A DNA stretch of 64,000 nt from Alphaproteobacteria bacterium (GTDB taxonomy: Bacteria; Pseudomonadota; Alphaproteobacteria; MPNO01; UBA830). Where the stretch lies: positions 2,816,001-2,880,000 of the forward strand of contig OZ251539.1 of the NCBI GenBank assembly GCA_965243135.1, written 5' to 3'. Both the position numbers and the translations under genes were made by a program. The notes beneath the pieces were generated by a model, which saw nothing but the letters and a program-made list of their open reading frames with translations, made no database searches and had not been told where the DNA came from. Shown piece after piece: positions 9,756 to 18,965 of this stretch; position 1 is the first letter of the stretch; each line of letters starts with the position of its first letter.

Positions 9756-12413
9756 GTGACGAAAGCGATGACGGCTCCGGGGGCGGAGCATGAAGCGCGG
9801 CTTCAAGAGAAAGACCGAGAGATCGAGGTTGTGTTCGACAGGATCAAGGCGATGCGGCGAGGGCAAGCCGCCAAAGAAAAGGCGGTTGAAGCGCTCGAGG
9901 GTCGGATAGAGCATCTGTTACGAGCCGCCCAAGAACGGGACGAAGAGATAACCGCGCTCAAGGCGGAACGGGACGAAGAGATAACCGCGCTCAAGGCGGA
10001 ACGGGACGAAGAGATAACCGCGCTCAAGGCGGAACGGGACGAAGAGATAACCGCGCTCAAGGCGGAACGGGACGAAGAGATAACCGCGCTCAAGGCGGAA
10101 CGGGACGAAGAGATAACCGCGCTCAAGGCGCGGCTCGCGGAAATCTTGTGCTCGAACAGTTGGGCCGTGACGGGGCCGCTGCGCGTGGCGAAGAACCTGC
10201 TGTCGCGCGTGGTGATGCGGTTGAAACCCCTCCCCGCGGTCGTGGGGAGCGAGGCCGCCGGGGCCGACCGAACGCTCCCGGGCAAAGAAGCACCCCTCCC
10301 CGCGGTCGTGGGGAGCGAGGCCGCCGGGGCCGACCGAACGCTCCCGGGCAAAGAAGCACCCCTCCCCGCGGTCGTGGGGAGCGAGGCCGCCGGGGCCGAC
10401 CGAACGCTCCCGGGCAAAGAGGCCGACAGCCGACGCGTCAGCGTCATTATCCCCGTATACAACAACCTTTACGGCACAAAACATTGTATGGAAAGTGTTC
10501 TGGCGTCGCTTGAGGAGAACGAATGCAAGGGAACAGTGACCGTCATCAATGATGGCAGCACCGAGGAAGGGGTCAGCGAATACCTGCGAGAAATCGCAGC
10601 TATGGGCTGCGTGGTGCTGCACAACCGGAAGAACTACGGGTTCATAAGAGCCGTCAACTACGGGATCCAAAACACGCACCCACAGGACGACATCGTCCTT
10701 CTCAACAGTGATACGGAAGTCAACGGGGACTGGCTGGACCGGTTGCGACGATGCGCCTACCACGACGGGAACATAGGCACGGTCACCCCGTTTTCCAACA
10801 ACGCCGAATCATGCAGCTTCCCGTCCATGTTCCATGAAAACACGTTGCCGGCGGGCGTCACCGCCGCGGCTATTGATGCAGCGTTATCGAATATTTGCGG
10901 TTATGACCCGGTCGATCTTCCAACGGCCGTAGGCTTCTGTATGTTCATCAAACGGGACTGCTTGGATGCCGTCGGTGCCTTCGATGAATTCTACTATGGG
11001 CGGGGTTATGGAGCAGATGGCGACTTTTCCTTGAGAGCGTCCCAGAAAGGTTGGCGCAACGTCTTGTGTCCTAACCTGTTCGTATTCCATGAAGGCGGTG
11101 CCAGCTTGGGTTTGGAGAAGGAAGAACGTATGAGAATTGCGGAGAAAACGATAGACACCGCGCATTCGCATTATTGGAGAGATGTGGCTACATACAGGAA
11201 AATCGACCCCGCGAAGGACATACGCTTGGAGGCCATGTTGCACCTGCTGAGATCCTCGGATAAGCCGGTCATCTTGCACCTGACACACGGTTTGGGAGGC
11301 GGAACGGACAAACATGTGTTCGATTTGATCGACTTTCTCGGCGATCAGGCCTTCGGGATCATTGCGCAGCCCTCCGGGCCGGATACATGTGTTCTCGTAC
11401 TGGATGGCAGGAAGAAAACGCTGACGTTGCGTTTCATGCGCGGGCAGTGGAGGGAACTCATCCGCCTCTTGACGTCCCTCCGTGTGGGCAAGGTGCATGT
11501 GCATCAAGGCTGGCGCGTTCCGGATTGGATGGTCGCCTTGCCGAAACGTCTAGGTGTCCCCTACGACATGAGCGTGCATGATTATTTCTGCATCAACGGC
11601 AACCCGCATTTGATCGATGAGAACGGTTTTTTCTGCTCGGACCAAGGAACACGGGACGAGTGCTGCGCGATCGATGAATACCCCGTACCTGAAAACTTGA
11701 CCGTAGAGCTTTTTCGCGAGCGTAAAGAACGCTTGTTCAAGGATGCGCACAGGGTCTTAGTCCCGAGCCAATATGCGCGGGATTTGATCGGCAGGTACTT
11801 CCCAGACGCCAACTACATCCTCGCGGACCACCACGACCGGGAACTCGCGGGGCTCTACCCTCCTGTCGTCGTCCGCCCGACCTACCGTGACGAAAAGATG
11901 CGGATCGCTGTCTTGGGGAACCTGGGGCCCCACAAAGGCGCGGATATTCTCGATTATGTGGCCATGCAGACGGAGGCGGAATGTGAATTCCATCTCATCG
12001 GGAGCGCCTACCGCTTTTTGGACGCGGCGATCATACAGCACGGGCCCTATGCTGAAGACGACTTGCCAGCCCTGATCGACGGGGCCGATCCTTTACTTAT
12101 CTGGTTTCCTGCCCTTTGGCCGGAGACGTATTCCTATACGCTGAGCGAAGCCCTGTATAGTGGACGCCCGGTTGTGGCGCCGGACATAGGGAGCTTCCCG
12201 GAGCGGACGCGCAACCGCCCCTACACGTATATCGAGCCCTGGAACAAACCCAAGTCCGACTGGATCGCGTTCTTCAGGGCGCTCAAGACGACTTTCCAAA
12301 ACGAAACGCCGCGAGCCCACCCTTGGCGAGATCAGCCCCGGTTCGTTTTCCGGTACAGGCGCGACTACCTTTCCAACCACAACGAAGTGTCAGAAAAGAG
12401 TAGCATAGAATGA
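9756..12413 (+). CDS. Multidomain glycosyltransferase: coiled coil, SxSWxxTxPLR motif, GT2 domain and GT4/GT-B domain
   Basis: VSVIIPVYN, INDGSTE, LLNSDTEV; HGLGGGTDKHV, PSQY, GPHKG, WPETYSYTLSEA; GAGGAG RBS before GTG 9756. Confidence 0.85.
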   Translation: MTKAMTAPGAEHEARLQEKDREIEVVFDRIKAMRRGQAAKEKAVEALEGRIEHLLRAAQERDEEITALKAERDEEITALKAERDEEITALKAERDEEITALKAERDEEITALKAERDEEITALKARLAEILCSNSWAVTGPLRVAKNLLSRVVMRLKPLPAVVGSEAAGADRTLPGKEAPLPAVVGSEAAGADRTLPGKEAPLPAVVGSEAAGADRTLPGKEADSRRVSVIIPVYNNLYGTKHCMESVLASLEENECKGTVTVINDGSTEEGVSEYLREIAAMGCVVLHNRKNYGFIRAVNYGIQNTHPQDDIVLLNSDTEVNGDWLDRLRRCAYHDGNIGTVTPFSNNAESCSFPSMFHENTLPAGVTAAAIDAALSNICGYDPVDLPTAVGFCMFIKRDCLDAVGAFDEFYYGRGYGADGDFSLRASQKGWRNVLCPNLFVFHEGGASLGLEKEERMRIAEKTIDTAHSHYWRDVATYRKIDPAKDIRLEAMLHLLRSSDKPVILHLTHGLGGGTDKHVFDLIDFLGDQAFGIIAQPSGPDTCVLVLDGRKKTLTLRFMRGQWRELIRLLTSLRVGKVHVHQGWRVPDWMVALPKRLGVPYDMSVHDYFCINGNPHLIDENGFFCSDQGTRDECCAIDEYPVPENLTVELFRERKERLFKDAHRVLVPSQYARDLIGRYFPDANYILADHHDRELAGLYPPVVVRPTYRDEKMRIAVLGNLGPHKGADILDYVAMQTEAECEFHLIGSAYRFLDAAIIQHGPYAEDDLPALIDGADPLLIWFPALWPETYSYTLSEALYSGRPVVAPDIGSFPERTRNRPYTYIEPWNKPKSDWIAFFRALKTTFQNETPRAHPWRDQPRFVFRYRRDYLSNHNEVSEKSSIE
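9933..10130 (+). repeat. Perfect tandem repeat, 6 x 33 bp (ERDEEITALKA)
   Basis: GAACGGGACGAAGAGATAACCGCGCTCAAGGCG six times, in frame. Confidence 0.97.
10227..10424 (+). repeat. Tandem repeat, 3 x 66 bp (PLPAVVGSEAAGADRTLPGKEA)
   Basis: Read directly; in-frame linker before the GT2 domain. Confidence 0.95.
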
Positions 12414-12710
12414 GCGCACGAGTTTCACGCAGCCGCCAAGAGCGGCGACGCCGCTGCCATTGACCGCCACAGCTCGACGAGGGGGCGGACATCGAGGCCC
12501 GGACGAGCAGGGCATGACCGCTCTCGAATGGGCGTGCGCACGGGGCCACGTCGAGGCGGCGAGCATGCTCCTCGACCGGGGCGCGCATATCGAGCGTGCC
12601 GGCCGGCCGGCTGGACCCCGCTGTGGCACGCGACGGAGACCGGGGGGCACGTCGAGATCGTGCGCCCGCTGCTCGACCGGGGCGCGAACCCGCAGGCGAG
12701 GGAGCGCGGG
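12410..12710 (+). pseudogene. Ankyrin-repeat protein fragment (frameshifted)
   Basis: GMTALEWACARGHVEAASMLLDRGA and GWTPLWHA..GHVEIVRPLLDRGANP in different frames. Confidence 0.8.
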
Positions 12711-12715
12711 CGGGA

Positions 12716-12819
12716 TGATTGCCTTCCTGAATGGCTGGATCGACCGCGATCGCCTGGCCGCGCTCGCCCACGGCAAAAGCTCCTACGCCACCTACCTCCT
12801 CCGCCTCGCCGAAGAGTGA
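12716..12819 (+). pseudogene. rmlA: C-terminal fragment of glucose-1-phosphate thymidylyltransferase
   Basis: [29 protein letters not shown] matches the C-terminus of the intact gene at 62523-63413. Confidence 0.7.
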
Positions 12820-12864
12820 GACAGGCTCAGGACTCACAACCGGTATTGCTTGATACATAATTCT

Positions 12865-12975
12865 CATGGAGTAGGATCGATAGCAATTCGGCAATTTTTG
12901 CGATTTTGCATTGTCGGCAGCGTCGGATTCGGGATCGATGCTGGCATACTTTCCTTCTTGAACTCCGTGGTAGGC
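12865..12975 (+). pseudogene. GtrA-family protein N-terminal fragment
   Basis: RQFLRFCIVGSVGFGIDAGIL, then abruptly replaced by other sequence. Confidence 0.6.
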
Positions 12976-13450
12976 GCGCCTGAGCGCGCGCGAGGCTCTC
13001 TCGGCGTCGAGAACGTGCCGCAGCCAGATGAGATGCCTGATCGACAGGTCGATCCCGTTGCGTTTTTCCAGGGAAAGAGCCACATCCAAGGGATTGCGGA
13101 TCGGCGAAACGATGAAGGGAGAGACACCGAAAGTCCGCACGATTCCAACCCAGAGGGGCAGCAGGCGGCATATGCGAGGGTCCTTCAGAACGAACAGACG
13201 GCTGTCGGCGAACTCATTCTCAAGTATCGCGCGGGCCCGCTCACGGAACCCTTGCGCGACCGGCGAGGCGTACCAAGTCTCGTCGAGTGCGCTCCAGTCG
13301 TCCCATGCGGAGCCGGAAGATGCCAAGATCTCGTCGTTCAAGGTCACGATGCCTTGGGGCTCCCAATGTCCGGCCGGATTGGTCGGGTCGGCCTTGAGCA
13401 GAGTCCGGGGTAGCCCGCAACCGAGCAGATTCAGGGTGCACGCCATTGCC
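12975..13450 (-). pseudogene. Sulfotransferase-family domain fragment, paralog of the N-terminus of 34361-37270
   Basis: LNLLGCGLP..NPAGHWEP..LNDEILAS, LKDPRICRLLP.W, RNPLDVA. Confidence 0.75.
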
Positions 13451-13496
13451 GACCTGTCACCCTCCCAGATTTGACTCGGCATCTCTGAAGGCGCGG

Positions 13497-16400
13497 TGTG
13501 GCTGTGCAGGGATATGCACAGGTTTCCTGTGGATTTTAATCAAAATATTTGAGGATCCCCCTCGGTGAGCTTGCCAGACAAGCGCCGAGGGGGATGTGTC
13601 TTCCGGGTCCGTTACCACCCAAATGGAAGACACGACCATTGTCCCACGATTTTCCCGTCGACTCCACAACCTGGGCTTTTCTCGAACGCATAGACGAGGA
13701 TCTGGCGGCCCATCCCTGCCCGCACTGCGGCGGCAGGCTGCGTCCGCGAAAGCCTCGCGGCGTTGAGCGACCGCTCGTCGCCGGAGCGCGGCGTCTGAGT
13801 TTTTGTTGCGCGAGGTGCCGCCGCCGCGTCACGCCGCCCTCGGTTCGGTACGCGGCGGGTGTACGTGGCCTTCGTCTTCGTGTTTCTGACAGCCATGTCG
13901 CAGGGGAAGCGAAGTCCCGAGTTCCGGTCGGGCCGTCTGGGCGTTGGCAAACGTACGCTTCAGCGGTGGCGGCGGTGGTGGCGCGAGACCTTCGTCGAGA
14001 CCTCCCTGTGGCGCAAGCTGCGCACCCGTTTCTCAAAACAGCCGACGACGCTGCCGCTGGTCGGGATGTTCTCCGACCCGGTGGCTCTTCTGCAACGGCT
14101 ATCGCCGTTGACGAGCAAGTTCGGCGACGGGGCACCCGCAGAACTTGCCGTCTCTTCCAAGAGGGGGGTTTAGGGTCCGCGCCAAAACGGGAGGCGGGCA
14201 GCAAGACACAAATCGGGGGGTGCGATTGCGCTTCGCCGTCGTCGGCACCCTGCTGGCGGCGCCGCCGGCGCACGGCGAACTATGCGCCGAGGCCCTGGCG
14301 AAACAGGAGTGGCGGCGTGACCGACGCGCCAGCGCGCTTCTCCTTCGTGACGACGCTGGTACTATCAGGCACGGCGAGCCGAACAGGATCCGGTCGGCGC
14401 CCTCCGCCGCCGGGTACGGTCGGACGCAGCACGCACGCTGTTCGCGCCGCTGGGCGCTGCAATTGCAATACCGGCAAAATCCCGACTGGTCGGCGCAACT
14501 GCACTACGACAACCTCAAGGCATTGGCCGACCGTCGCTCGGTCCGCTGCCCTCCTATGCCACTGTGGCCCGTTACATGCGAACGCTGCAGCGCAAGCGGC
14601 GGCTGAAGAAGGCGGGGGAAGCAGCGGCGGCGGCACGGCGCGAACAACGCGAGATACGCAGTTACGAGCATACCCACGGCCTGTGGCATGCGGACTTCCA
14701 TCACGGCTCGCTCCGCGTGCTTGACAAGCGGGGGCAATGGCGGACGCCGCTGCTGCTGGCTGTCCTCCACTCCCGCCTCGCCTGTCATCTCCAGTGGTGG
14801 GAAACCGCGCAGAACTTCGTGCACGGTCTGTCGCAGGCCCTGATGAAACACGGCCTGCCGCGGGCGACGGACAACGGCAAAGCCGAGACCGCTGGCGAAG
14901 TGCGAGACGGGCTGCACGAGCTCGGCATCCTGCATGCCACTACGTTGCCTTATTCTCCGAACCAGAACGGAAAAGCCGAACGATTTTGGTCGATTATCGA
15001 GGGTCGCCTGCTGGCGATGCTACGAGGCGTCGATTCCGTTTCCCTGGCGCAACTCAACCAGGCGACGCAGGCATGGGTTCAGAAAGACTACAACAATCGT
15101 GTTCACCGGGAGCTCGGCGCCACGCCGACAGCCCGTTTCCTTGAAAGCCCCCGTCGCGAATGCCCTCCCGGCGCTGCGCCGCGCATTCCGCACCGGACGC
15201 CGACAGCGGCGCGGCGACGGCTCGCTGTCACTCGAAGGCGTGCCGTCGCAGTACCGTGCGGGATCTCCACCTCGCATCTTGGGACCTGTCGACGATTGAC
15301 CTTGTCGATCCCAGGCACAGAACCTGGCTGTGCGCACTCTACCCGCTCGACAAGAACGCCAATGGCGAACGCCGACATGTGAGACCAGTGGAGACAGTGC
15401 CGACAGCAAACGAGATGGCGCCGTTGCTGAAACAGATCCTGGACGACGCGGCCGCGACCGGCCTGCCCCCTGCCTTCCTTCCAAGCAAAGAGGACATGGA
15501 AACGTAGACTGCTTTCCCTTCACGGCCTCAAATGGAATCCATTCTCGCCTGCCGGTCGAGGCGCTATTCACCACGCCGCGCGTCGAAAGCTTCTGCTGGC
15601 GGGTCGAAGAGCGCCGCGATGGCGGCTTCGCCGTCGGCGAACCAGGCGCAGGCAAGAGCGTGGTTTTGCGGCTGCTTGCAAACCGGCTGACGCGCAACCA
15701 CGGTGGTTGCCGCTCTGACCCGTCCAACCTCGCCGACTTCTATCGCGGGCGAACTGTTCGAGGCACCGTTGCGCCCCCATAAGGGGCGGCTTCAAGGCGC
15801 TGCGCGGGCGTTGGCCACCTTGAAGCGGCGCGCCCCATCCTGCTGCGAAGCGCAGGAACTTCAGCCCGCAGTGCTCGGCGAATTGCGTCTGCTTGCTGCC
15901 ACCGAGTTCGACCCATTCTCAGCGTCGTGCTGGCGGGCGATGCACGTCTTACCGACAAGCTGCAGCGCGACGAGTTGCAGCCTCTGGAGTCCCGCCCAAC
16001 GCCTGGCCAACGCCGAACGAAAGGAACTCGCCGCCTGCCTCAACCACCTCCTCGAGCAAGCCGGCAACCCGAATCTCATGACGCAGAGCCTTAAGGACGC
16101 CCTTCATGCCGCCGGCAACTACCGCTCCCTCACGGCCGACAGCCTGCTCGCCTCTGCCGCCGAGCGCCACCGAACTCGACGAGAAACTGTTCTTCGAGAT
16201 CTTCACGCCCGACAAACGCAGGGGAGCGCGGTCATGAATGCTTTCCCCACCCGTCGGCCCGCGGAACTCGCCGAACAACCGCAGGAGCGGCGCTGGCTCG
16301 TCGAACAGCTGTGGAGCGAGCAGGCGGTCGGCATTGGAGAGCCAAAGTGCGGCAAATCCTTTCTCGCTCTCGACTTCGCAGTCGCCGTCGCGACCGGCAC

Positions 16401-17293
16401 GCCCTGCCTGCGGCGCTTCTTCGCTGCTTCCGGCCGCGTTCTGCTGTTCGCCGCCGAAGACGCTGCCCACATCGTTCGAGAGCGCGGCATCGCACAGGCC
16501 GCCGGAACCTGTCTCGACAACCTCGATATCGACGTGGTTCCCGCCGTGCGTCTTGACCTGGCCGACGACAGGCAGCGCCTGTTCGAGACGGTCCGCCGCG
16601 TCCGACCACGCCTGCTGGGCCCTCTGGTTCGCCTCCACCGCCGAAAACGCCGCAGGCGAGGTCGCGCCGTTGCTCGCCTGCCTGCGCGACCTGCAACGCA
16701 ACTTCGAAACCGCCGTCATTCTCGTCCACCATGCCCGCAAGAGCGCTCATGCGCGAGGCGGACAGGCGTTGCGCGGCTCTCTGCACGCCTGGGGCGACTC
16801 CAACCTACGACGCAAGAAGCGTTTGCTGACTGTCGAACATCGCGCTTCCAAAAGTCCTGACGAATTGAGTTGCGCGAAACACCGGTCTTGTCGCTGCGTC
16901 GAGGCCGCCTCCGAAGCACCCGACACGTCGCCTCGCCAACGCAGCCTCCTTGCCGACATCCCGCTTCCTCAGCGGCAGATCCGAGACGCAGCGCAAATGC
17001 GTGCCAGCACCGTCAGCAGCGTTCTCAGGGAGTTGGTCTCCACGTCACTCATACACGGGTATCGTCTCTCGCGCGGCAGCGGCTCGGGGGCGGCGGCCGT
17101 AGGGAGGGCGTAGCCCGACCGAAGGCGGACGCCCCCGAGCCGCACCAACATGCTTCCGGTTCCCTGCAACTCTGTAGGCCAAGGGGAAACGGAAACCGGA
17201 AACCCCCTGTTGACCTGTTCCTGACGCCGCACGGAAATCTGAAACCATCAAAAAGGACGATAAAAGCGACATCAATTATCGTGAACGCTCATA
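13497..17293 (+). mobile_element. Decayed transposon: Zn-finger ORF, rve/Mu-like DDE transposase, ExeA-type ATPase and AAA_25 (RepA-like) ATPase
   Basis: CPHCGG/CCARC; LWHADFHH, DNG, PYSPNQNGKAERF; GEPGAGKS; GEPKCGKSFLALD, LFAAED, ILVHHARK. Many frameshifts; ends approximate; right end repeated at about 25640-25700. Confidence 0.7.
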
Positions 17294-17304
17294 CTCCTGA
17301 CCGC

Positions 17305-17663
17305 TAAATGCGGCAGAATGTTGGCTTGACCCCACAACATCAGGAGCATTCCCATGTCAGTCTCGCAGTCTTCGAACGGTTTGTCCCTTTCCAGGCTCTC
17401 CCCGGCGGCCGCCGAGGCGGTGCGGTCTTTCGCGTCCATCGTCGAGAAAGGAGCCGCGACCGCCAAGGCATTCGGGGAGCCTTCCTCAAGGCGGGGTCCG
17501 AGGGGGAGGGTCCCGAGGCGTTCGCCGATTTCGAGCTTGGGTTGGGTAAGCAGGTCGCTGCGCTGTGCCGGACGGTGATTTGCAACGAGGACCGAGACGA
17601 GAGGGGAGGCCCGATTCGCAAGGACGACAAAGTCTTCTATCGGGCTGCGCGGACGCAGAAGAC
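17305..17663 (+). mobile_element. ISKra4-family 5' fragment cut by an IS66 end
   Basis: Near-identical to the reverse complement of about 30545-30895; stops at the GTAAGCG terminus at 17664. Confidence 0.8.
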
Positions 17664-18965
17664 GTAAGCGTTCGCTCGTCAAGTGACGGTCTATTTTTTG
17701 AGGATCCGCTTCCAGTCCCGCCGCAGGGGCTTCAGCGTCCTTTACCGGGAGAGCGCGTTCGCGCCGAGTGTCGAGCTTGCTGCGGCCCTGGGTCGCGCCG
17801 ACCTTGCTGGCGGCCCGGTAGCAGGTTCCTGAGAATCGCGGCGTTTCGCAGAAGGTCTCAAGCAGGACCGGAGCGTAGCGAGACTCCCAGTCGTCGGGCA
17901 GCCGCCGTTCGACCAAAGTGAGGACATGGGATGCGAGGTTCTTGGCCAGGGCAGGGCTCTGGCGTTGTTGACCACGAGAGGCAGGTTGCGGCGGCGGGTT
18001 TCGGGATCCCCGCACTTGTCCCGCGGCGCGATCTTCCAGGCTGCGGCGCCGAAGCCGAGGACGGCAAGGGCTTCGCCGTCGGCGGCCCGGACGAAGTAGC
18101 GCCGCGCCGGGCAGCGTCGAGTGGCCGAGGTAGCGAGCGACGAACTCGTTTCAGAGGCGGCCTTCGTTCGCGTTCCGGCAGGGAACGACGGGTTGGACGT
18201 CGGCGAGACGTTCGGGAGTCGGGACCGGGGGCTGGTCGGTCGCGGGGCCGGGCACGGGCGGGCGGCGGACGGATGGCGTTTGCCTTGGCGGCGGCAGGAC
18301 GGCCGTCGCGGTGCATGCGCAGCATGGCGACGCGCGCGCTCATGTCCTTGAGTCCGCCGTTGGGCTTGCGCCAGTCGAGATGTCGGCAGACCTCCTGCGA
18401 CAGCGCCCGGCGGGTGAGGCCGCCCTTTCAAGGTGCGGGTCGAGTTCGTCCTCGGAGAAGTCGCGCCCGCAGTAGCGGCGGGGACCGACGTTCATGGTCC
18501 CTGGGGAAGAGCGGTCTTCCAGGAACGGAGGCGCTCTCCGTCGGCACCCCACGGCAGCCAGGCGGCCGGGCCGCGCGGGCCGCCGTGCCGGGCGCAGGCG
18601 GCGAGATAAGCGGACAGCCAAGGGTAAGGCGAGACGCCGCTCAGCGTGCCGAAGATGGACATGCCGGCCAGCCGCGCCCCGTCCACGCTGTGCGACCCGA
18701 ACGAGAGCTTGCGGCCGACCGCGATTCCGCGCAAGCCGCGTTCGGCGGCGTTGTTGTCCATGGGAACGGCTGCGTTGTCCACGAACACGGTCAGGCCGTC
18801 GCGGTGGCGCGCCAGGGAATCCAGGGGGCCGCGTTGCGCTGCGCTCGCCGGAAGCGCGTCCCGCGCCTTTTTCGCCGCCGCGAAGAACGCTTCGACGAAC
18901 CTTGCAAGCCGTCGCTGGGCGGTCGCGTCGTCCGGGTTTGCCAGACGCTCGGAGTTGAACCTGTA

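Noticed and set aside
9933-10424. 33-bp repeats as a CRISPR array
   Set aside because: The units are contiguous with no spacers, are in frame in a CDS, and no cas genes are present.
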